From an uncultured Bacteroidales bacterium (GTDB lineage Bacteria; Bacteroidota; Bacteroidia; Bacteroidales; JAADJA01): 64,000 nucleotides of DNA. The translations under genes and the position numbers were made by a program. Below the pieces are notes generated by a model. It searched no databases and had not been told where the DNA came from. It was given only the letters and a program-made list of their open reading frames with translations. Within the stretch, counting starts at the first letter, position 1, and every line of letters starts with the position of its first letter. This document shows, piece by piece, positions 50,219-58,399 of this stretch. Location of the stretch: the NCBI GenBank assembly GCA_963840975.1, contig CAWJBC010000021.1, forward strand, positions 259,837 through 323,836, in the 5' to 3' direction.

Positions 50219-51169
50219 ATGAACATTTCATACAGCGATCCCTTATCGCAAGCATGGAACCGCATGAAAAAAGCCCTTTTCCAGCCCTTCGATATTGGCA
50301 AATGGTTTACGGTTGGATTCACAGCTTTTCTGGCTGTTTTGGTCGAAGGTCCCGGAAATCCGGGAGGTAGTGCAAATTATTCGCGCACCAACCGATTCTC
50401 TGATTTAAGCTGGCAAGAGATTGCTGAATGGCCGAATATTGCCTGGTATTGGCTAATGAATCATCCGGTGTGGTTCGCTTTGATCATTGTCGGGATTGTA
50501 TTTTTGGTTGGCTTGATGATTGTCCTGACCTGGGTTAGTTCAAGAGGAAAATTTATGTTTTTGGATAATGTAGTCTGTGATAAAGCCGAAGTTGTAAAAC
50601 CCTGGAATGAATTCAGCCAACAGGGTAATTCCCTTTTTATGTGGCGGTTGGTTTTTGGCATGATCAGCGCTTTTCTTGTCCTAACTTCATTGTTAATAGC
50701 ATTCGTAGTTATGATCAATGTGTTCACGGGTGATACGAGTCTGGGAACAAAGATTGGTTCGGTGACCGGACTCATATTCGAGTTCCTGATTCTCATCACT
50801 GTTATTTCCTATATCTCCCTTCTTTTAAATAACTTTGTCGTTCCTATTATGTATAAGCACCGAATAGGTGCAACTCAGGCATGGCTTAAGTTTCTGCCTG
50901 TTTTGTTGGGTAATTTCTGGGATTTTATCATTTATGCCTTATTCCTGTTGGTTTTATATGTATTGGTGGTGATTTGCGTTATCTTTTTTGGATTGTTTAC
51001 CTGTTGCATTGGTTTTCTGTTACTCATCATCCCTTACATCGGATCTGTGGTTCTACTCCCGGTTTCTTATACTTTCAGGGCGTTCAGCGTTGCTTTCCTT
51101 GAGCAGTATGGTGATGAATTTACTATTTTCCCCAAGCCGGAAACAATTGATGATAATTTGATAATATAA
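50219..51169 (+). CDS. Polytopic membrane protein, function unknown
   Basis: Six or more hydrophobic helices. The N-terminal SQAWNRMKKALFQPFDIGKWF motif resembles DUF4013-type proteins; this assignment is weak. Confidence 0.4.
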   Translation: MNISYSDPLSQAWNRMKKALFQPFDIGKWFTVGFTAFLAVLVEGPGNPGGSANYSRTNRFSDLSWQEIAEWPNIAWYWLMNHPVWFALIIVGIVFLVGLMIVLTWVSSRGKFMFLDNVVCDKAEVVKPWNEFSQQGNSLFMWRLVFGMISAFLVLTSLLIAFVVMINVFTGDTSLGTKIGSVTGLIFEFLILITVISYISLLLNNFVVPIMYKHRIGATQAWLKFLPVLLGNFWDFIIYALFLLVLYVLVVICVIFFGLFTCCIGFLLLIIPYIGSVVLLPVSYTFRAFSVAFLEQYGDEFTIFPKPETIDDNLII

Positions 51170-51219
51170 CGAAACAGGGTTTTAAGTGACTGTTTAAAAA
51201 TGCTAAACTCTTGATTTGT

Positions 51220-51420
51220 AACACGGAGTTGCACAGAGAAGTCACAGAGCAGCACGGAGGTAAAACTTTAAATTTAAAATAAATCAAATTTTCTCTGTGA
51301 ACCTCAGTGAAACCCTCTGTGGTTCTCAGTGAAATAAAAAGTTATAACACTGAGTTTCACTAAAAAATTATTCATTTTCCGCACTTTGTGTACTCTTCGT
51401 GTCCTGGTGACTTAGTGGCA
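51220..51420. repeat. Cluster of short heptad-like intergenic repeats (cacagag/cactgag/cacggag units in both orientations, plus a cttcgtgtcc...ttagtggca unit)
   Basis: acacggagttgcacagagaagtcacagagcagcacggagg faces ctctgtgaacctcagtgaaaccctctgtggttctcagtgaaat. The unit gtgacttagtggca resembles gtgacttcgtgtgttagtggca at 12996-13017. Confidence 0.55.
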
Positions 51421-51489
51421 AAATGGTAGAGTTAAATTTTTCATTGAATTTTAAACAGACTCTAAAAGTAACCGTATGTAATTTCGGTT

Positions 51490-53022
51490 TTATTCAAATT
51501 CGCCTTCGCTGAAAACGATGGCTTTAAAAGTATATATTTCAGCATCTTTCCATCCATCCCATCCCAAACCGGCTTTATCGCGTGAACAATGTCCCAGAAA
51601 TTCTTCAAGACTCCAGCCTGTTTCGGTTGCCACCTGCGGAAGAAAAGTGCCGGAACGATAGCCTTTTTTGATGTAAATCCCATCAGTTCCCAATACGATT
51701 TCATTTATGTCATTGATTAATTTCATTGGGGTAAGCACCGAAATTTCTATTTCCAATTCCTTCAACTCATTTTGACTAACCGGCGAAAATCTTGAATCCT
51801 TCGTAGCTGAAGCTACCGACATTTGCTGAACTACCATATACAAGGGTTCATTAGCATCAAACCGCCCAATACACCCCCTGAGGCGATGATTTTTCGTAAG
51901 TGTTACAAAAGCTCCGCCATTGGTTTTCAAAGCCCCTGATAGATTTTCTTTTTCCACCTGTTTCATTTTGCCTGATGAAAGATGCTCTTCAAGCGTCAGC
52001 CGGGCAATTTGAAGCAACTCCTTTTTATCATCCATGTTCAGAAAATTTGAATTATCGGCATTTTTGCCTTCAACTAAACATAGAGCAATAGCATTGTATC
52101 CCACTACTTTATCTTTATCTCCATACATGGATTCACCCGAGTTGGAATAGGCGATCTGTTCGTATTTATATTCTGGTTTTCCGCCCGTTAGGTGGAGCAA
52201 GGTAAGCACTGAGGTCCATCCGCAGGCGCGGGTTGCGAGTCCCGCAACTTTTTCATTGGCAGATGAATTTATGACATTGATAAATTGATCGGGATTATTC
52301 AAAAGTATAGCATCTGCAGTATTTTTATCAAGATAATTGGCTTCATCGTACCGGGGATAGTGCGAAAAATCGGAACTGATTACAAAAAGATTCTCTTCAT
52401 TAAAAAACGGAGAAAGAGCTTTTGCAATTAATTTACAGTCTTCGTCCGATTGGGTTCCTATTACAATAGGAATAATCAGGAAATCCTTCTTTAAAATATA
52501 CTGCAAAAAGGGCAATTGAACTTCAATACTATGTTCAGCCGAATGAGCTTCCGGCACATAGCTGAAAATTTTATTTTCACTGATTAACTTTTTAGCAAGG
52601 TCAAGGTTTACCTTAACTTCCCCAAGTGGTGTTTCGCAATTTCCAACAGAATAGATAGAGGCACCTTTAAAATATTCACGGTGACTGGAAGCGATGATGA
52701 ACACATTTTGGTATGACTTCCCGGTATCAATCTGATTGAAAGCAGATGCTGCAATTGTACCTGAAAAAACATAACCGGCATGAGGGGTTATTATTGCAAG
52801 TGTGTTATTCGCTTTTTTTGGTTCAGCTTTCGCAAAAAGATCAGTGAGGGTTTTTCCCAACACTGATTTATCGGCAGGGTAAAATTGCCCTGCAAATACC
52901 GGTTTAAGATTTTGATTTTTTAATTTTCCCGATCCAGTGTTAGTCGCCACCTGCGAATTGCAGCAATCACAAAACACCATAAAAAAAAGTAAGAAATGAC
53001 AGAAAAGTATTTTCTTAACCAT
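51490..53022 (-). CDS. Fusion of AmmeMemoRadiSam system protein B (Memo-like) and protein A (AMMECR1), with N-terminal signal peptide
   Basis: Leader MVKKILFCHFLLFFMVFCDCCNSQ. Memo motifs ITPHAGYVFSG, EHSIEVQLPFL and SSDFSHY. AMMECR1 motifs GAFVTL...LRGCIG, PRF-like SRFSPV, and LPQVATETGWSLEEFL...KAGL. Confidence 0.8.
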   Translation of the reverse strand: MVKKILFCHFLLFFMVFCDCCNSQVATNTGSGKLKNQNLKPVFAGQFYPADKSVLGKTLTDLFAKAEPKKANNTLAIITPHAGYVFSGTIAASAFNQIDTGKSYQNVFIIASSHREYFKGASIYSVGNCETPLGEVKVNLDLAKKLISENKIFSYVPEAHSAEHSIEVQLPFLQYILKKDFLIIPIVIGTQSDEDCKLIAKALSPFFNEENLFVISSDFSHYPRYDEANYLDKNTADAILLNNPDQFINVINSSANEKVAGLATRACGWTSVLTLLHLTGGKPEYKYEQIAYSNSGESMYGDKDKVVGYNAIALCLVEGKNADNSNFLNMDDKKELLQIARLTLEEHLSSGKMKQVEKENLSGALKTNGGAFVTLTKNHRLRGCIGRFDANEPLYMVVQQMSVASATKDSRFSPVSQNELKELEIEISVLTPMKLINDINEIVLGTDGIYIKKGYRSGTFLPQVATETGWSLEEFLGHCSRDKAGLGWDGWKDAEIYTFKAIVFSEGEFE

Positions 53023-53051
53023 TTTTGACTAAATTTGAAAACCTAAAACAA

Positions 53052-55202
53052 ATGTATAAAATGTTGCTGAGATCCGAAAATAGAATTAAAATTTCATTGT
53101 TCATCCTCGGATTTACCTCTATCATAACACAGATTATCCTCCTGAGGGAATTTTTATCAATCTTCAACGGAAATGAGCTTATTACCGGAATCATATTAGC
53201 CAATTGGATGCTTTTAACCGGTTTGGGATCTTATTTAGGAAAGCTATTAGATAAACATATAAATAATTTGAATTTTATTTATGCCGGTCATTTTATGATG
53301 GCTTTTCTGCCTATTATCATTTTATTTTTAGCTTATTATTTCCGAAACAATTTTTATCCTCCCGGTCAGATTATCAATATTGCAGGTGTTTTTTTTAATT
53401 CGTTTTTACTGCTGACACCATTCTGTTTGGTCAGTGGGATTATCTTTCCTGTGCTTGCTTCATTGTTGTCAGAACAATCAAAATCAAATATAATAAATAA
53501 AGCCTATTCCATCGAAGCATTCGGAAGCGTTGCCGGCGGAATTCTTTTCAACTTTTTGATGATTTTCGTTTTAAAAACTTTTTTCAGCCTTACCATTTTG
53601 ATGATGCTAAACTTAGCAGCAGCCATCACAGGCATTTTTTTAAGCGGTAAAAGAATTTTCTCCTATATTTTGACATTATTAACAATGTTGATTACAGTTT
53701 TCATTGCATTTTCGGATATTGATTTGAAAGCCCTTCAGTACTTGTATCCGGGTCAGGAAATTGTCCATTTTGAAGATACGCCTTATAGCAAAATTGTTGT
53801 TACCCGTACCGAAGATCAATACAATTTTTTTGAAAACGGGACTTTTCTTTTTTCGGAGGATAATACCATTATGATGGAAGAAAATGTTCATTATGCAATG
53901 GCACAGCATTCTGCACCTGAAAATGTCCTTTTAATTTCGGGTGGGATATCAGGTAGTATAAATGAAATACTGAAGTACAAAATCAAATCTCTGGATTATA
54001 TTGAACAGAATCCAAAGATCATTGAGATAGGGGAGTTGTACACCAGCAATATCAGTCATGATCGCCGGATAACAATAATTAATCAGGATGCCCGTCTTTT
54101 TTTGAAAACCAATCGCACAAAGAAGTACGATGTTGTTTTGATCAATCTTCCTGATCCTACAAGCGCTCAAATCAATCGTTTTTATACACTGGAATTTTTT
54201 GAGGAATTAAAAATGGATTTGAATGAATCCGCAGTAATTTGTATCAGCCTTACCGCCACATCGAACTACATGGGAGAGCAATCCCGGAAAATTAATTCCT
54301 CGGTTTATATAACCCTAAAACTACTATTTCAGAATGTCATCATTATGCCGGGTGGCTTAAACTATTTTATTGCCTCAGATGGTGTATTATCAAGGTCAAT
54401 AAATGAACTTTTGGAGTTGAAAAGCATAAAAAACATTTATCTTAACACGTACTACCTGAATGATAAAAAAATTGAACAGGAGAGCAAACTATTAGAAGAA
54501 ATGTTGTCGGAAAAAGTGGCGATAAACTATGACTTTAAGCCAGTGGTATATCTTTATCAGTTAGATTATTGGTTAAGCCAATTCGATCTGAATTATCTCA
54601 TCCTTTTTATTATCATTCTATTTCCCGTAACTTATTCATTGCTTAAAATGAATTTTATCAATTATGGCATTTTTGTTACCGGAATTTCGGCTTCAGCCAT
54701 TGAAGTCATTCTTATTATTGCATTTCAGGTTATTTACGGATATACCTATCAAATGATGGGTATTCTCATTACATTTTTCATGGCTGGTCTGTTTGTCGGC
54801 TCTGTATTTGTAATAAAAAAAATTAAGGTATTCATCCGCACATACAGCCTTGTTCAATATTTTATCGGCATTTTTTCTATATTAGTTGCATTGGTTCTTT
54901 ATTTTTTACGATCGGCTTATGTGGATATTTTTATTGTTCATATTACCTTCATATTGCTGATTTTCATTATCGGAATCCTAACAGGGCTGCAATTCTCGCT
55001 GGCTTCAAGATTAAGAACAATGTCAATAATTAAAATCGCAGCTTCCACTTATGCCTCTGATTTATTAGGAGCCGCAATAGGCGCAGTGTTGGTTGCAGCT
55101 TTTTTGATTCCTTATCTGGGTATTATAAAAGTAGCACTCCTAATTTCAGTGTTAAACTTTGTTACAGGATTGTATATATTGTTAAAATTAAAAAAGAGTT
55201 AA
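53052..55202 (+). CDS. Polytopic membrane protein with central spermidine-synthase-like (aminopropyl/methyltransferase fold) domain
   Basis: About 7 N-terminal and 6-7 C-terminal TM helices. The central domain has LLISGGISGS, QDARLFL and VLINLPDPTSAQINRFYTLEFF. Start uncertain (TTG 53025, ATG 53052 or ATG 53061). Confidence 0.7.
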   Translation: MYKMLLRSENRIKISLFILGFTSIITQIILLREFLSIFNGNELITGIILANWMLLTGLGSYLGKLLDKHINNLNFIYAGHFMMAFLPIIILFLAYYFRNNFYPPGQIINIAGVFFNSFLLLTPFCLVSGIIFPVLASLLSEQSKSNIINKAYSIEAFGSVAGGILFNFLMIFVLKTFFSLTILMMLNLAAAITGIFLSGKRIFSYILTLLTMLITVFIAFSDIDLKALQYLYPGQEIVHFEDTPYSKIVVTRTEDQYNFFENGTFLFSEDNTIMMEENVHYAMAQHSAPENVLLISGGISGSINEILKYKIKSLDYIEQNPKIIEIGELYTSNISHDRRITIINQDARLFLKTNRTKKYDVVLINLPDPTSAQINRFYTLEFFEELKMDLNESAVICISLTATSNYMGEQSRKINSSVYITLKLLFQNVIIMPGGLNYFIASDGVLSRSINELLELKSIKNIYLNTYYLNDKKIEQESKLLEEMLSEKVAINYDFKPVVYLYQLDYWLSQFDLNYLILFIIILFPVTYSLLKMNFINYGIFVTGISASAIEVILIIAFQVIYGYTYQMMGILITFFMAGLFVGSVFVIKKIKVFIRTYSLVQYFIGIFSILVALVLYFLRSAYVDIFIVHITFILLIFIIGILTGLQFSLASRLRTMSIIKIAASTYASDLLGAAIGAVLVAAFLIPYLGIIKVALLISVLNFVTGLYILLKLKKS

Positions 55203-55238
55203 CCACTATATTTGAAGTTAATTAATTCATTTTTATTG

Positions 55239-56405
55239 ATGTCTGGGAATCTAATATCGAAAAGAGAATTTTTAAAAACAGGTGCGCTAATCACAGGTGC
55301 ACTGGGATGTAGTTTTTGCGGACTTAACTTACTATCAAAAACTGCAAAAGGAAAGCAAGACGCAAATTTCATTCGTATAAACCCAGGCCCAGATGAGTAT
55401 AAGATTGAAGCAAAATATTACGTTGAAACCCCCAAAGGTTTAAAATGTCTTTTATGTCCGAACGAATGTAAGATGCTGCTGAATGAGGAAAGTGAGTGCC
55501 GGACAAGAGTGAATATTGACAATAAGTTGATGGTTACAGCTTATGGAAATCCGTGTGCTATTCATATTGACCCTATCGAAAAAAAGCCTTTTTATCACTT
55601 TTTACCAACAACTCAGTCTTACTCAATAGCAACAGCTGGTTGTAACCTTGCATGCCTCAATTGCCAGAATTGGGAAATCTCGCAGTCAAGTCCCAGGAAA
55701 ACAAGAAATTATGACCTGCATCCAGAAAAGGTTGTTGAACAAGCCATCAAGAATCAATGTAAGTCAATTGCCTATACTTATTCCGATCCGGTAGCTTATT
55801 ACGAGTATGCGCTTGATACAGCCATCATCGCCAAAGAAAAAAGAATCAAAAATGTCATTGTATCAGCTGGTTATATGAACGAAAAGCCTTTAAGGGAATG
55901 GTGCAAATACGTAGATGCTGCAACAATTGATATTAAATCCTTTTCGAATGAAATTTACGAAATGCTGAATGCAGGAAAATTAGAGCCTGTGTTAAATTCA
56001 TTGAAAATTTATAAAGAAGAAAGGGTTTGGCTGGAAATTTCAAATTTGGTTATTCCATCCTGGACAGATGACCTGGAAATGATAAAGAAAATGTGCGGAT
56101 GGCTTGTTGAGAATGAATTTCAAGATACACCTCTTCATTTTTTAAGGTTTTACCCACAGCACAAATTAGCAAACTTACCTGCCACGCCGGTTAGTGTGCT
56201 AATTAAGGCAAGAGATATTGCCCTTTCATCAGGATTGAACTATGTTTATATCGGGAATACACCGGAATTAAATGCAGAGAATACAAATTGTCCTAAATGC
56301 AAAAAAGTAGTTATAGAAAGGAAAGGCTTTCAAATATTAAACAACTATCTAACCCAGGGAAAATGCAAGAACTGTGGTTCAATTATCAGCGGTATCTGGC
56401 AATAA
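55239..56405 (+). CDS. AmmeMemoRadiSam system radical SAM enzyme with Tat-like leader
   Basis: CX3CX2C motif in ATAGCNLACLNCQNWE. N-terminal Cys cluster CLLCPNEC...C and C-terminal CPKC...CKNC. Leader MSGNLISKREFLKTGALITGALG resembles a twin-arginine signal with KR. Confidence 0.8.
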   Translation: MSGNLISKREFLKTGALITGALGCSFCGLNLLSKTAKGKQDANFIRINPGPDEYKIEAKYYVETPKGLKCLLCPNECKMLLNEESECRTRVNIDNKLMVTAYGNPCAIHIDPIEKKPFYHFLPTTQSYSIATAGCNLACLNCQNWEISQSSPRKTRNYDLHPEKVVEQAIKNQCKSIAYTYSDPVAYYEYALDTAIIAKEKRIKNVIVSAGYMNEKPLREWCKYVDAATIDIKSFSNEIYEMLNAGKLEPVLNSLKIYKEERVWLEISNLVIPSWTDDLEMIKKMCGWLVENEFQDTPLHFLRFYPQHKLANLPATPVSVLIKARDIALSSGLNYVYIGNTPELNAENTNCPKCKKVVIERKGFQILNNYLTQGKCKNCGSIISGIWQ

Positions 56406-56618
56406 TTTAAATGGGTAATTTAATCTTTAATCTTTTCAGACTTTTCAAATCATTATACTCCAATTTACGTTGAAATTTCTAAACTGTCAAAGGGTTGTAA
56501 TGTATTGGTTTATGGCCTTGTGTGCCTGAAAGACTAAGATTAAAATAGACCAGCAAAACCATTCTATATTGCAAATCCAAAAAACTTTATTCCCGATTTC
56601 TCATTTCATAACATAGAT

Positions 56619-56655
56619 AGCAACTCCGGTCACACTTCAAGTTGCTGTTTTTGTT
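56619..56655 (+). terminator. Terminator-like hairpin 1 in the long intergenic region
   Basis: agcaact(14 nt)agttgct followed by gtttttgtt. Confidence 0.4.
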
Positions 56656-56674
56656 AAAATGTCGAATTGCCTGT

Positions 56675-56703
56675 CTTCAGGGCTGCAACTGGAAGTTTTT
56701 TTT
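56675..56703 (+). terminator. Terminator-like hairpin 2
   Basis: cttcag(8 nt)ctggaag with one bulge, followed by a T8 run. Confidence 0.4.
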
Positions 56704-57016
56704 GTCAACATACAAAAACTATTTACAGATTTTTACGTATCAACATATAGCAATAAATGTTTTATATTAAGAATGATATAGCAATTAAAAGCTTAAAGGT
56801 CGCTGTTACTATGTGGATAAGTTGGTCGCTCGTTTTTAATAATAATGCAAACCCAATTTTAGGGTGGCGAAAATTCGATGTTTATGTTGATAAAAAGCAT
56901 ATTTTATGAATCAAAGTAAACATTTTTTTGTCTAATCTTGAACGCAAATGGGAATTAATTACAAGTGACGCAACTAACGGAAAATTAATTACATAATAAA
57001 ATTTAAATACTTTTTT

Positions 57017-57061
57017 TAACCTGAAGGGTAACCTTTGGGTAATTTTAAGAATTAACCTTTG
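57017..57061 (+). promoter_or_regulatory. Repeated TAACCT(TTG) / GGGTAA motifs upstream of the sigma factor gene
   Basis: taacct at 57017-22, gggtaacctttgggtaa at 57026-42, and taacctttg at 57053-61. The GTG start is at 57066. Confidence 0.35.
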
Positions 57062-57065
57062 AAAA

Positions 57066-57638
57066 GTGCAGGAATATAGGGTTGAGGAAATATTAGATGG
57101 GATCCGAAATAGAAACACTGACGTTCTGGAGTTTATCTATAAGAATTACTATCATCAGATCAATGTTTTTATTAATAAAAATGGCGGTTCAGATGAGGAT
57201 ACTAAAGATGTTTATCAGGATGCCATCTTAGTGATTTATCAGAAGATACAGAAGGATAAACTGACACTTACTTGTTCTTTTAATACTTATTTATATTCTG
57301 TTTGCCGGTTACTGTGGCTTAAGGAGCTTGAAAAAAGAAAACTCAATAAAGGTTTGCTTGAGGAATCAGCGAAGTTTTTAGAATTGGATCAGGACATTTT
57401 GACCCTTTACCTGACAAACGAAAGATTCATGTTATACCAGGAACATTTTAACAAGTTGAGTTATAATTGTCAAAAAATCCTGGAACTGTTTTTGGCACAG
57501 ATACAACTAAAGGAAATTGCAAGGATACTTGGGTTTAGAAGTGTTCAATATGTGAAAAAGAGAAAGCATCAGTGCAAGGAAAAGTTAATAGCAAGTATTA
57601 AAAATGATCCGAGATTTAAAGAAATTGTACAACAATAA
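57066..57638 (+). CDS. Sigma-70 family (ECF-like) RNA polymerase sigma factor
   Basis: Region 2-like DVYQDAILVIYQKI...FNTYLYSVCRLLWLKE and region 4-like HTH QLKEIARILGFRSVQYVKKRKHQCKEKL. Confidence 0.7.
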   Translation: MQEYRVEEILDGIRNRNTDVLEFIYKNYYHQINVFINKNGGSDEDTKDVYQDAILVIYQKIQKDKLTLTCSFNTYLYSVCRLLWLKELEKRKLNKGLLEESAKFLELDQDILTLYLTNERFMLYQEHFNKLSYNCQKILELFLAQIQLKEIARILGFRSVQYVKKRKHQCKEKLIASIKNDPRFKEIVQQ

Positions 57639-57657
57639 ATGCTAAAAAGTTATTAAA

Positions 57658-58398
57658 ATGGAAAAGTCATTTAGTCTGTTAGAAGATTTCCTGGATGGCA
57701 ATTTAAGCAGCGATGAATTAAATCAAATGCTTAAAGATTTGGAAAGTAATAAAGATCTTACCAGGGAAATGATGTTAAGGCTTGAGGTAAATCAGGTTAT
57801 TAAGGACAAAGGGTTTTTGGAATTGCAAAATAAACTTGAAATGCAATTAAATAATACCAACAACAATAGCCCTCTCCTTAATCTGGGAAGAGAGTTTCTT
57901 AAAACCTGGCAATTAGCTGCAGCATCCTTTGCTTTGGTTCTTGTTGTTGGTGGTTTATGGTATATTTTATCAAACAAGCCCTATTCAACTGAAAAACTGG
58001 TAACCAAATATTACAAACCGGCGCATCCTTTCCTTCAAATCAGGTCTGCTGAATCTAACAGTGAAAATGCACTTGCTCAGGCTTTCAGCTTTTACAAGGA
58101 TAATGATTATAGCAATGCCTTACAATATTTCAAATCTATCGAAAACCAAACTACTGCTAAATTTTATTGTGGTGTCTGCTACATTGAGTTAGAACAATAT
58201 GATAATGCCATAGAGGCATTCTCATACATTATTAACGATAACGACAATCTGTTTGTAGAACATGCAAATTGGTATCTGGGACTGATATACCTGATGGACA
58301 ATCAAAAGAGTAAAGCGATTGATCAATTTGAAACAATAGCAAGTGAAGATAATTTTTATGCAGCACAGGCTTCTGACATACTCAAATACCTGCAGTAA
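57658..58398 (+). CDS. Anti-sigma-like single-pass membrane protein with extracytoplasmic TPR-like domain
   Basis: N-terminus LLEDFLDGNLSSDE, TM helix AAASFALVLVVGGLWYIL, and C-terminal TPR-like helices. It begins 20 nt after the sigma gene. Confidence 0.45.
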   Translation: MEKSFSLLEDFLDGNLSSDELNQMLKDLESNKDLTREMMLRLEVNQVIKDKGFLELQNKLEMQLNNTNNNSPLLNLGREFLKTWQLAAASFALVLVVGGLWYILSNKPYSTEKLVTKYYKPAHPFLQIRSAESNSENALAQAFSFYKDNDYSNALQYFKSIENQTTAKFYCGVCYIELEQYDNAIEAFSYIINDNDNLFVEHANWYLGLIYLMDNQKSKAIDQFETIASEDNFYAAQASDILKYLQ

Positions 58399-58399
58399 A

